From Okamejei kenojei (lineage: Eukaryota), in assembly GCA_035221665.1 (NCBI GenBank), contig CM069147.1:1550001-1614000 (forward strand): a DNA stretch of 64,000 bases, written 5' to 3'. Made by a program: the position numbers and the translations under genes. Position 1 is the stretch's first letter; every line of letters starts with the position of its first letter. This document shows, in pieces, positions 10,730 to 21,990 of this stretch. Below the pieces are notes generated by a model that saw nothing but the letters and a program-made list of their open reading frames with translations, ran no database searches and was not told the origin of the DNA.

Positions 10730-11150
10730 ACTTGCTGCCCAGCGCCTCACCCCCCCCTCCCCACACTCACCCTCCCGTCCTGGGCCTCCTCCACTGTCAG
10801 AGTGCTGCCCAGCGCCTCACCCCGCTCCCATCCCCACACTCACCTTCCTGTCACTGCTTCCATTTGCTGCTCAACACCTCACCCCCCTCCATTCCCACAC
10901 TGACCTTCCCGTCCTGGGCCTCCTCCACTGTCCGAGTGAGGCTCAGCGCAAATTGGAGGAACAGCACCTCATATTTCACTTGGGCAGCTCACACCCCAGC
11001 GGTATGAACATTGACTTTTCTAACTTCAGATAGCCCTTGCTTTTTCTCTGTCTCCTTCCCCCCCTCGCAGTCTCCCACCAGTCTGAGTGTCTCCGACTAC
11101 ACTGTATCTGTTTGCTTTGTTGTTGCCCCCTCTCCCAACTAGCGCTGATC
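10730..11150 (+). mobile_element. Penelope-like element 3' fragment (left part, internally duplicated)
   Basis: Encodes VLGLLHC.SEAQRKLEEQHLIFHLGSSHPSGMNIDFSNFR*; the segment GTCCTGGGCCTCCTCCACTGTC is present twice. Confidence 0.88.
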
Positions 11151-11760
11151 TCATGATCATGATCATACTTTATTAGCCAAGTATCATTTTGCAACGTACG
11201 AGGAATTTTATGTGTCATACAGTCACACCAATAAAAAGCAAAATAACACACAAAACACATTTTAACATGAACATCCACCACAGTGACTCCTCCACATTCC
11301 TCACTGTGATGAAAGGCGAATAAAAGTTCAATCTCTTCCCTCCTTTGTCCTCCAGCGGTCGTGGGCCTCTAACCTCCCGTAGCCGGCGCTGGCCCTCCGC
11401 GTCAGGGTAATCAAGCTCCCCGCACTGGGCGATCTTTGGAGCTTCTCGACTCTGGTCTCTACCCGAGACTGCGAGCTCTCGATGTTAAAGTCCGCAGGCC
11501 ACGCACGGTTGGAGCGTCGATCCCAGGCTCCGATGGTAATCCACGCCACAAGGTGGGGCTCAAGGTCAGTCTTGAGCAACGCCTCCAGCTCCGGCAAGGT
11601 GAGAGATTGAAAAACAGTTTCCCCCGACCCCCTCACCCACCCCCAACATAAAACAAACCAGAGAACATTAACACATACTTTATAAACACATTAAAAATAA
11701 CAAAAAAAATGCAAAAGACAGATCATTGGCGAGGCTGCCATCGAAACGCCACCTGGTGGA
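11151..11760 (-). mobile_element. ~610-bp non-autonomous retroelement inserted into the PLE
   Basis: It interrupts the PLE terminus (the flanks rejoin as in the 7274-7815 copy). The minus strand ends in AATAAAGT plus a short (ATGATC) repeat tail shared with ~16620-16690. Confidence 0.65.
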
Positions 11761-11975
11761 TTTATTCTACATTTTCCTTGATCTCCATTCCCTTTGTCTT
11801 GTCTTCATACCTTACACTTCCTTATCTATGCACCTCCCTCTCCCCTGACATCAGTCAGCAGTGCCTCAACCCGAAATGTCACCCATCTCTCCAGAGATGC
11901 TGCCTGTCCCGCTGAGTTACTCCAGCTTTTTGCCTACCTTCATCTGCATCAGCATCTGCAGTTCCTTCCTGCACA
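11761..11975 (+). mobile_element. Penelope-like element terminal repeat (right part), hammerhead core decayed
   Basis: CTACATTTTCCTTGATCTCCATT...CCCCTGACATCAGTC...ACCCGAAATGTCACCC...GCTGAGTTACTCCAGC matches the reverse complement of 7274-7460. Confidence 0.88.
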
Positions 11976-12094
11976 TGAAGAGTGTTTGTGGTCTTTTTAT
12001 TTCTACATTAAGCAGTTGATGTCATGAGTGGTTACACTACGCCCTCTAGTAACCCTTGAGGCTGTACGAGTAATGGTCAACTCTGACCCAATCA

Positions 12095-12680
12095 GCCGCT
12101 GCCTTACAGCGCCAGAGACCCAGGTTCAATCCCCACCTCTGGTGCTGTCCATGTGGTGTTTGCACGTTTAGTTTAGTTTAGATATACAGCACGGAATGTG
12201 GCCCTTCGGCCCACCGAGTCCACACCTCCCACATCCCAAAGACATGCCGCTTTGCAGGCTAATCGGCCCACTGTAAATTGCCCCTAGTGTGTAGGGAGTG
12301 TCTGAGAAAGTGGGATAACATAGAACCTGTGGACGGTGACGGTGGCGCAGCGGTAGCGTTGCTGCCTTACAGCGCTTGCAGCGCCAGAGACCCGAGTTCC
12401 ATCCCGACTGTGAGCGCTGTCTGCACGGAGTTTGCACGTTCTCCCCTTGACTGCGGGGAGTTTCTCAAAGATCTTCGATTTCCTTCCACACTCCAAAGAC
12501 GTACAGGTTTGTAGGTTACTTGGCCTGGTGTATGCAAAAATGTCCCTAGTGTGCGTTGGATGTGAATGTGTGAGGATCGCTGGTCGGCGCAGGCTCGGTG
12601 GGCCGAAGGGGGGGTTTCCGCGCTGTATCTCTAAACTAAACTAACTGGTGTGAACGGATGATCGATGGTCGGAGATAGAC
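12095..12680 (+). mobile_element. Nested SINE cluster including a full-length copy at 12339-12645
   Basis: An outer SINE (12095-~12330, resuming ~12646) contains an inverted tail (12168-12222) and a complete SINE with A box TGGCGCAGCGG and a (CTAAA)n tail. Confidence 0.85.
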
Positions 12681-12875
12681 AGAATGCTGTAGTATCTCAG
12701 CAGGACAGGCAGCATCCCTGGAGAGAAGGAATGGGTGGCGTTTTGGATTGAGACCCTTCTTCAGTTGATGGTTGGTGTGGACCTGTTCCACAGACACATA
12801 GCCAGAGCAGCCAACAAGATAGACACACAGTGCTGGAGTAACTCTGCGGGTCAGGCAGCATCCCTTGAGTTCACT

Positions 12876-13215
12876 TAGAAATAGAGAAACATAGAAAATA
12901 GGTGCAGGAGTAGGCCATTCGACCCTTCGGGCTAGCACCGCCATCCAATATGATCATGGTTGATCATCCAAAGTCAGTACCCCGCTCCTGCTTTCTCCCC
13001 ATATCCCTTGACTCCGTTAGCCCTAAGAGCTAAATCTAACTCTCTCTTGAAAACATCCAGTGAATTGGCCTCCACTGCCTTCTGTAGCAGATAATTCCGC
13101 AGATTCACAACTCTCTGGGTGAAAAGGTTTTTCCTCATCTCAGTTCTAAATGGCTTGCCCCTTCTTCTTAAACTGTGACCCCTGGCTCTGGACTCCCCCA
13201 ACATCGGGAACATTT
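12876..13215 (-). mobile_element. CR1 LINE 3' end
   Basis: ORF 12974..13213 MFPMLGESRARGHSL...FTQRVVNL...FKRELD plus 3' UTR. Confidence 0.92.
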
Positions 13216-14118
13216 TTCATGGAAAGATTATGTTTTGGGTGGGAACCCTTCTTCGCACATCAAGATGGGTTTGGCAACTAGATAACATTGGTGTTAGTAT
13301 CAAATCTCCTGCATCAGCCCTGGTCAGAGCAACTGACCATACACAGAGTACAGTGGTCTGCCAAAACACTGCTGAGAACATGACGTTCTCACAACAAGCG
13401 CAACGGTTAACCCTTGCTCACCGTACCACATCATTCACTCAGGCTGGGCAAACTATTATATAGACACAAAATGTTGGAGTAACTCACATAAACTATTATA
13501 TATATATATACACAGCGTGAGAAATTGTAACTTTCTGCATTCATTTCCAATACATGTACAGATCTCTGCTGCCGACTCAATTATTCATTACTTTTGCAGT
13601 TTGTATTATGTGCCCTGAAATGTAGTTAAAATATACTGTCCAGTTACAAGCACATCAGTGATATTCTATTTTTCTCCTGTAAATAAGATAGTGTTTTCTT
13701 TCAAGCTTAACAGCCAAATCAGCAAGTGAATGATTTCATTGGCTTTTGCTATTTGGAGGCTTTACAGGACAAATGTCGTTGTGTTGTTACAACAGTGCGT
13801 TACTGCAAATGTGAGTTCCACCTGGCCTGGTATTGGACCATTGAAGGAACTGATATTGTACCAAAGCCTGACCCTGGGAGTGTAACAAATGAAGCAATTA
13901 TGTGCGAGCGTTAAATGGCACTGGAGACCTGCCTGCTTTTCAGGTGCACGGAACCATTATAAGTTCCTTTGACAGGTTGTGTAATTTAAAGAGGAAATAC
14001 ACCGAACAAATTCCTTTGACATGGCAGGTACCCCGCAGAACACATCACGGGCAGGATTACAATTTCCCTCAGCAAGAAACACATGGAGGTGTTTGTGGAC
14101 AAACCTGCCCGAAACAGG

Positions 14119-14403
14119 GCGGCACGGCGGCGCAGCGTAGCGTTGCTGCCTCACAGCGCCAGAGACCCGGGTTCGATCCTGACTACGGATGCTGCCTGTA
14201 CGGAGTTTGCACGTTCCCCCTGTGACCTGCCTGGGTTTTCTCCAGGTGCTCAGGTTTCCTCCCACACTCCAAAGACATACAGGTTTGTAAGTAAATAGGC
14301 TTAGTGTAAATGTAGTGTGTGTAGGATAGTGTTAGCATGTGGGGATCATTGGTCAGCATTGACTCAGTGGGCCGAAGGGCCTGTTTCTCTAAACAAAACT
14401 AAA
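14119..14403 (+). mobile_element. tRNA-derived SINE, full length
   Basis: GCGGCACGGCGGCGCAGC head, B box GGTTCGATCC at 14170-14179, core and CR1-like tail. Confidence 0.9.
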
Positions 14404-14767
14404 CATCCAACTCTGCAAGCATACAATGTGGCCCTGTCACGTCCTGTCATTTCACAGATGACACACTGTCTGACAACCTCCTGTAAAGAAATAGAAATTG
14501 TCCGAGAAGTGTCCCGGCCCTGAATCGTCACCTATCCATGTTCCCCACAGATGCTGCCTGACCCACTGAGTTACTCTGTGTTTATCTCTGGCATTTACTA
14601 GGTTCAAATACAAAATGACAAAATTCAGGAGAAAAGGAATAACAGTGTTTAGCAAAAAAATGTTAAACATAATTTAGTCATTCCTATGGAGTCAACATAT
14701 TAGTTATGCTGGAGACTCAACGTTAAAATCCCTATCAGTATTCAGTACGTTCAGTGAAGGGGTGGCC

Positions 14768-15092
14768 CAGTGGCGCAGTGGGTAGAGCCGCTTTATTTTG
14801 CAGCGCCAGGGACGTGGTTTCAATCCTGACCACGGGTGCTGTCTATGTGGAGTTTGCACGTTCTCCCTATGACCGTGTGGGTTTCCTCCTGGTGCTCCGG
14901 TTTCCTCCCTCATCCCAAAGATGTGCGTGTTTGTAGGTTAATCGGCCCTCTGTAAATTGTCCGTAGCGTGTAGGGAGTGGATGAGAAAGTGGGGTAACAT
15001 AGAACTAGTGTGAACGGGTGATCGATGGTCGGCCTGGACTCGGTGGGCCAAAGGGCCTGTTTCCATGCTGCATCTCCAAACTAAACTCTAAA
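14768..15092 (+). mobile_element. tRNA-derived SINE, full length
   Basis: TGGCGCAGTGG A box, GGTTTCAATCC B-box variant, core, and tail ending CTAAACTCTAAAC. Confidence 0.9.
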
Positions 15093-15285
15093 CAATTTAT
15101 GTAGGAAGGAACTGCAGATACGTACAAATTGCTGGATTCACTCAGCGGGACTGGCAGCATCTCTGGTTAGAAGGAATGGGTGTCATTTCAAGTTGAGACC
15201 CTTCTTCAGACCAATTTAAACAATCATGTGACAATGTGAGTTGTAATGAGTAGGTTATCTTACTGAAGCAATGGTGCTTACTGAA

Positions 15286-15602
15286 ACGGTGCAGCGGTAG
15301 AGTTGCTGCCTTACAGCACTTGCAGCCCCAGAGACGCGGGTTCCATCCCGACTACAGGTGCTGTCTGTACGGAGTTTGTACGCTCTCCCCGTGACCTGTG
15401 GGGGTTTTCTCTGAGATCTTCGGTTTCCTCCCACACTCCAAAGACGTACCGGTAGAAATATTTAATTGGCTTGGTAAATTGTCCCTAGTGTGTGCAGGGT
15501 GTGTAAGATGGTGTTAATGAGCGGGGATCGCTGGTCGGTGCAGGCTCGGTGGGCCGAAGGGCCTGTTTCCGTGCTGTATCTCTGAACTAAACCAAACTAA
15601 AC
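15286..15602 (+). mobile_element. tRNA-derived SINE, full length
   Basis: GGTGCAGCGGTAGAGTTGCTGCC head, GGTTCCATCC, core and (CTAAA)n tail. Confidence 0.9.
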
Positions 15603-16305
15603 AATGCTTGTTGTGGAGCAGGAGACTCGTGTACTGGGAATCCAACAGCAAGCGAACATGAGCCTCTATTACATTAGCAGGACCTCAGACAGATACCACA
15701 ACCAAATCACTTGGGGATAGAGGCACAACCACAAGCAGAATATCAAAGACTGAAGCGGAACCATCATTGCCAGAAGTGCTGACAATAAAACCTGATGCAC
15801 AGTTACAGCTCGTCTCAACAATGGTCTCCAACTCATAAACATTAGAGAGAAAAATAATAGAAATGAGTCTTTCAATCAGAACTAACTTCAACAGGACAAT
15901 GTGCAGGTCAAATAAAAACACAAAACGCTGGAAATACTGGAAAGTGTTTCAGAAACAAGTGTCAAGAGTCACGAGAGTTTTAGCATCATGTGTCCCAAAT
16001 GGAACAATTAAATTCTTACTTGCAGCGGCACGACAGAATAAACACAGTACTTAAATCACCATAATAAGCAAAATAAATTAAACGTATTCTAACAGGCCCT
16101 TCAGCCCACCGAGTCTGTACCGACCAGCGATCGGCCCGTACACCAGCACTATATGAAGATGGATTATTATGCACTATTGTTTAACTGATGTTTACTTCTT
16201 GCATACACACAATCCTTGCCACAATCAGTGGCACAACTCCTCCTCACACACAGGTTGGAACTTTGTTGGTGAATTTAATGTGCTGAAGTGAGTAGGTTAC
16301 CACTG

Positions 16306-16580
16306 GTTTAGTTTGGAGATACAGCGTGGAAACAGGCCCTTTGGCCCACCTAGCCCGTGCCGACCAGCGATCCCTGCACACTAACACTATTTTACATTAA
16401 CACCAAAGCCAATCAACCTACAAACCTGCACGTCTTTGGAGTGTGGGAGGAAACCGAAGATCTCGGAGAAAACCCACGCGGGTCACGGGGAGAACGTACA
16501 AACTCCGTACAGACAGCGCCCGTAGTCGGGATGGAACCCGGGTCCCTGGCGCTGTGAGGCAGCAACTCTACCCACTGCCG
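16306..16580 (-). mobile_element. tRNA-derived SINE, near full length
   Basis: Reverse complement of the same family consensus. Confidence 0.9.
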
Positions 16581-17198
16581 TCACATTCTCCAGGGCCATT
16601 TTCCTAAAGTGTTACCATCACAATCACAATAATACTTTATTGGCCAAGTATGTTTTGCAACATACGAGGAATTTCATTTGCCAAGTCAGTCATAGAATTA
16701 CGGGCCACATACGTGTGATGGTCGGTGAATGTAGGCTGATAAACAGCAGAGATGTCAGTGTAAGCGTGCTGACACTGGGTCCACAGTGGCACTGGCATAA
16801 CCAAGGACCAGGTGGAAGGGAACCTACCCAGAGAAAAGGGATCAGAGGTGTGAATAATCAGCATGTGTGTACCAGCCAAAACATTAAATAAGTTTGTATG
16901 CATCAAGTGACTCTGCAAATAACCATTCAGTAATATCTTCCACTTGCTGAGTTTTCACATAACATGCCATCTTACAGAAATATGGATAACATATAAGTGA
17001 TGCTCCATTTAAAAAATCGTGCAATGCTATTTTGTAAAATGGTTTACAGATTCTCAATGTGGTACTGCAACAGTCAGGCAGTCTATTAATCATTTTAAAG
17101 CATTGCAAATGTTTTTTTTAAGGCAGCATATTCCAATCCTCAGTTGAAAGACTACCTGTAAGTTGCTGCAAGTCAGCGACACTGAACGGAGGAAGAGG

Positions 17199-17753
17199 CA
17201 GCAGCCACCGCCGTCTGGAGATACACTCAGCATGATCCCAGCAGCCACCGCCGTCTGGAGATACACAACATGATCCCAGCAGCCACCGCCGTCTGGAGAT
17301 ACACAACATGATCCCAGCAGCCACCGCCGTCTGGAGATACACAACATGATCCCAGCAGCCACCGCCGTCTGGAGATACACAACATGATCCCAGCAGCCAC
17401 CGCCGTCTGGAGATACCCTCAGCATGATCCCAGCAGCCACCGCCGTCTGGAGATACACCCAGCATGATCCCAGCAGCCACCGCCGTCTGGAGATACACCC
17501 AGCATGATCCCAGCAGCCACCGCCGTCTGGACATACACTCAGCATGATCCCAGCAGCCACCGCCGTCTGGAGATACACAACATGATCCCAACAGCCACCG
17601 CCGTCTGGACATACACTCAGCATGATCCCAGCAGCCACCGCCGTCTGGACATACACTCAGCATGATCCCAGCAGCCACCGCCGTCTGGAGATACACTCAG
17701 CATGATCCCAGCAGCCACCGCCGTCTGGACATACACTCAGCATGATCCCAGCA
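17199..17753. repeat. 38/40-bp minisatellite, about 14 units
   Basis: Unit CAGCAGCCACCGCCGTCTGGAGATACAC(TCAG|AA)CATGATCC, highly homogeneous. Confidence 0.95.
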
Positions 17754-18217
17754 ATCAGTGGGTTAGCATATGATGAGCGTTTGACGGCACAGGGCCTGTA
17801 CTCGCTGGAGTTTAGAAGGATGAGCGGGGACCTCATTGAAACTTACCAACTAGTGAGAGGCTTGGAGAGGATGTTTCCACTAGTGGGAGAGTCTCGGACT
17901 AGAGGTCACCGCCTCAGAATTGAAGGAAGTTCCTTTCGGAAGGAGATGAGGAGGAATTTCATTTAGTGGTGAATCTGTGGAATCCATTGCCACAGATGGC
18001 TGTGGAGGCCAAGTCAGTGGATATTCTAAAGGCAGAGATAGATTTGTGACGGGTGTCAGGGGTTATGGGGAGAAGGCACGAGAATGGGGTTAGGAGGGAG
18101 AGCTAGATAGGTCATAATGTCAAAAGGGCATAATTGAATTGAATGGGTCATGATTGAACGGCAGAGTAGAGTTGATGGGCTGAATGGCCTAATTCTGCTC
18201 CTATCACTTATCACCTT
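17742..18217 (+). mobile_element. CR1 LINE 3' end
   Basis: ORF 17742..17966 (GLYSLEFRRMSGDLIETY...FPLVGESRTRGH) and a 3' UTR. Confidence 0.92.
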
Positions 18218-18344
18218 GTGATGTTGTGCAGAAGGTGCAAGGCTGTGAGGATGCTCACAGAAGCTGGTCCTTGTGTTATCCACATAAAGCCCTGGTTGGA
18301 CCTGTGCCAAGACAGTGGAACTTGGTCCTCTCTCCTTGCAGTGA

Positions 18345-18745
18345 ATTGTGGACGCAGCCCAGACCATCACACACCAACCTCCCTTCCATTTACACCTCAC
18401 GCTGCCTCGGCAAGGCCAGCAGCATCTTCACAGACAAGTCACACCCCAGCCACTCCCTCTTCCAGATTCAGGGACAGTTTCTTCCCGGCTGTTATCAGGC
18501 AACTGAACCATCCTACCACAACCAGAGATCAATGCTGAACTACTATCGACCTCATTGGCGACCCTCAGACTATTCTTGATCGGACATTGCCGGCTCTACC
18601 TTGCACGGAACCTTATTCCCTTATCATGCATCTACACAATGTAAATGGCTCGATTGCAATAAAGTACTGTCTTTCTGCTGAAGGGTTAGCTCATAACAAA
18701 AGCTTTTCACTGTACCTCAGTACACGTGACAATAAACTAGACTGT
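18345..18745 (+). mobile_element. L2/Rex-Babar-like LINE 3' fragment or derived short element
   Basis: Encodes RFRDSFFPAVIRQLN. The tail AAAGCTTTTCACTGTACCTC.GTACACGTGACAATAAACT recurs at ~19400, ~39480 and (minus) ~57900. Confidence 0.7.
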
Positions 18746-18934
18746 AACTGCACAGGGCACTGCACTACAAGATAGACACATCTTCATAAACTAACCCTCC
18801 CTGCGCACTGCACCACAAGCCTGTTCACGAAGTGTACCTGAACAAGCACCTGTACCTATTCAGTGCAACCGAGGCACTGTGGTAACTGTGTTAGAACACA
18901 CAATATGGAACAGTGCAGAAAATGACACAAAGTG

Positions 18935-19380
18935 TGTAGGAAGGAACTACAGATGCAGATTTACACTGAAGATAGACACAAAGTGCTGGAATAACTCAGT
19001 GGGACAGGCAACATCTCTGAAGAAAAGGAACAGGTGATGTTTTGGGTCGAGACCCTTCTTCAGAGTCAGGGGATAGGGAAACTTGAGATATGAAAAGGTT
19101 CAGAATGAACCACAGCCGGCACTGGTGATCAAAGAAAGGTGGAGCCCATAATGGTCCATTGTAGGCTGTGGAAGAGGTGATATGTAGTTATCAAAGTTAA
19201 CAAAGAAGACACAGAGTGCTGGAGTAACTCAGCGGGTCAGGCAGCATCTGTGGGGAACATGGATAGGTGACGTTTCACAGAGTGCTGGAGTAACTTAACA
19301 GATCAGGCAGCATCTGTGGAGAACATGGATAGGTGACGTTTCACAGAGTGCTGGAGTAACTCAGCGGGTCAGGCAGCATT
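18935..19380 (-). mobile_element. Cluster of PLE-terminus elements including a 66-bp array (19210-19378)
   Basis: A copy with a hammerhead-like end at 19033-19063 (mutated), then three GAGTGCTGGAGTAACT units. Confidence 0.85.
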
Positions 19381-20084
19381 TAAAAGACATCTGGGTGAAA
19401 GCTTTTCACTGTACCTCAGTACACGTGACAATAAACTAAACTGACATAGCCATGACCAGAAAGGTTTAGAGGGATGTGGGCCAAACACAGGCAGGTGGGA
19501 CTAGTATAGATGGGGCATCTTGGTCATCATGAACAAGTTGGGATGAAGGGTCTGTTTCCATGCTGTATGACTATAACCCTTAAAACAGAAGTAAACGGTG
19601 GTGAAGATAGTAACAGACTTCAAGAGTAAAAACAGAATGATGGAATAATTGAGTAGGAAGGAACTGCACATACTGGTTTAAGCCGAAGATAGAAACCTAG
19701 TCTGAGGAAGGGTCTCAATCTGAAACGTCACCCATTCCTTCTCTCCAGTGATGCTGCCTGTCCCGCTGAGTTACCCCATCATTCCGTGTCCACCTTTCTT
19801 CAGGACAGGAAAGGTTTAGACTGAGGGACCAAATTGGGTCGGTGGGTCGAGTATAATTGGACATTTTGGTCAGTATGGATGAGTTGGGCAGAAGGGCCTG
19901 CTTCTGAGCAGTACATGTCTATGACTAGAAGTGAACTCAGCACCCACTTAGCCTCCTGCCGTAAACAGGCATAGCTTAGATGTTCAGCAGTGGGCAAGGT
20001 GAGCAGTGGATAGGTATGTGGGAGCTCTGACAGAAACATGGCTGAGAGATGGACAGGGCCAGCGATTCAATGTTATTGGTTCCA

Positions 20085-20710
20085 AACACACCCACCTCCC
20101 TCTGAGTGAAACCGTTGTCCCTCAGGTTCCTATTAAATCTTTCCCCCCTCATCTTAAACCTACTATATGTCATCTATTTCTTAATTCCCCTACTCTGGTT
20201 AAAATATTCTGTGCATTCACCTTATCCATTCCCCTCATAATTTTACACATCTCTTTAAAATCAATATGGATTTGAAGAAGTCTGAAGAAGGGTGTCGACC
20301 CGAAACATCACCCATTCCTTTCTTCCAGAGATGCTGCCTGTCATGCTGAGTTAATCCAGCATTTTGTGTCTATCTTTAGATTTTACACATCTCCATAAGA
20401 TCAATATAGATTATACACATCTCTATACGATCAAGATATATTTCATGTTTAAGAAAGAACTGCAGGTGCTGGAAATCGACAAAAATGCTGGAGAAACTCA
20501 ACGGGTGAGGCAGCATCTATGGAGCGAAGGAATAGGTGACGTTTTGGGTCGAGACCCTTCTTCAGATAGATAGATTTCATATATTTCTAAAAGAGCAATA
20601 TGAATTTTACACATCTCTATAAGATCAATATGGATTTTATACATCGCTATAAGATCAAAGTAGATTTTGTACATCTCTTTAAGATCAATATAGATGTTAT
20701 ATATTTCTAT
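20085..20710. repeat. CR1 fragment (minus) seeding a ~30-bp tandem repeat, interrupted by two oppositely oriented PLE-terminus elements
   Basis: Unit ATTTTACACATCTCTATAAGATCAATATAG recurs at ~20240, 20380-20445 and 20570-20710. PLE termini lie at 20280-20375 (+) and ~20450-20566 (-). Confidence 0.75.
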
Positions 20711-21671
20711 GTGGTAAAGAAGGTATTTGGTACACTTGGGTATACAGTACAAGCCAGAATGTCATAACACACCTTTGTAGGAATTGTTGTTCATTAGACA
20801 TGTTGATCTTTAACTGTGAGCAGCTGAATCCATTGTTAATAAAACGTTAGTTATCTTGATATATTGTCCGTTGCAGTTGCTCATTGGGATGTTGTGTTTA
20901 ATGTTGCCAGGTATACTGGACCCAATACAGGGCTAAGATAAAGTATGTATTACAGATTTACCCTACAGCTAGACAATACCGAAACGTAACAAAAAGATGA
21001 GGTTCTATATATTTCATATGTGTTCCTCTTGCAATGATGTCACTGAAATGGGCATTCACTCATGCAGTGGGTATATAATTTACATTCCTGCTCTTGTGTT
21101 GCTTCATTAAGACAAGAATACTATGTGTGTCTTGATCAGTTATTCGAATGTAAAATGGAGTTTAAATGCCCACAGACAAAATGTGCAAAGTATTTTTTGC
21201 ACAAATGAGCTCAGATGTTTGTGCTACACATCATTGTCGAGCAGTATACATGATAAGGTGTCATCCAATACTTACTTTAGACTTGATCCTACATAAATAT
21301 TTACACACAGCCCTATCACAGTCTTTTACAAACTGCTTCTGTATTCTCAGTTCACAGTACTGGGTCACAGGATAGTCAAAACTACGGTATCCTTGAGGCC
21401 AACAGATGATAGTGAATCTGCACATTTAGACAGAAAAAACAGCTCCTTGCTTCTCAATAGCCGTCCGAACAAACACATAAATCTTGACAATTTCCATCAA
21501 CGTCTATGAATACGTTCATTCTAACTTCCGATTCCAAATGTACACATGAGCAACAGACACAGACCAAATGTGTAAAATAAAGCCACGTAAACCCAGAGGC
21601 GATCGTTCCAGAGTCATCCCTCGCTTAAGTCACATAGCCTTGGACTCGCACAACAATGCTCCACTCTTGTT

Positions 21672-21990
21672 CAGGAAGGAACTGCAGATGCTGGTTTACA
21701 GTGAAGATAGACACAAAATGCTGGAGTAACTCAGCGGGGCCGGCAGCATCCCAGGAGAGAAGGAATGGGTGACGTTTCGGGTCGAGATGTCTGAAGATGG
21801 GTCTTGACCCGCAGCGTCAACACTTTACTGGCATGAAGGTGGATTGGCACGTTATAAAACGGCTGCTTCTCCAGGTCATTCAAACATCTACACTGGCGGC
21901 TGCTGTAAACATGGAGACACTGGACCCGAAACATCACCCATTCCTTCCTTCTCCCCAGGGATGCTGCCTGTCCCGCTGAGTTACTGCAGC
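21672..21990. mobile_element. Back-to-back inverted pair of PLE-terminus elements
   Basis: 21672-21787 is in one orientation; CTGAAGATGGGTCTTGACCC at 21791 and GACCCGAAACATCACCC...GCTGAGTTACT at 21923-21985 are in the other. Confidence 0.8.

Noticed and set aside
14119-14190. tRNA-like sequences with A and B boxes
   Set aside because: They are SINE heads, continuing into the SINE core and LINE-like tail, not tRNA genes.
15680-15838. Possible plus-strand terminal exon (GPQTDTTTKSLG...VSNS*)
   Set aside because: Weak acceptor, no recognisable homology and no partner exons.
17199-17753. CRISPR-like regular repeat array
   Set aside because: The units are contiguous with no unique spacers, there are no cas genes, and the context is vertebrate. 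It is a minisatellite, as are 37690-38533 and 58704-58990.
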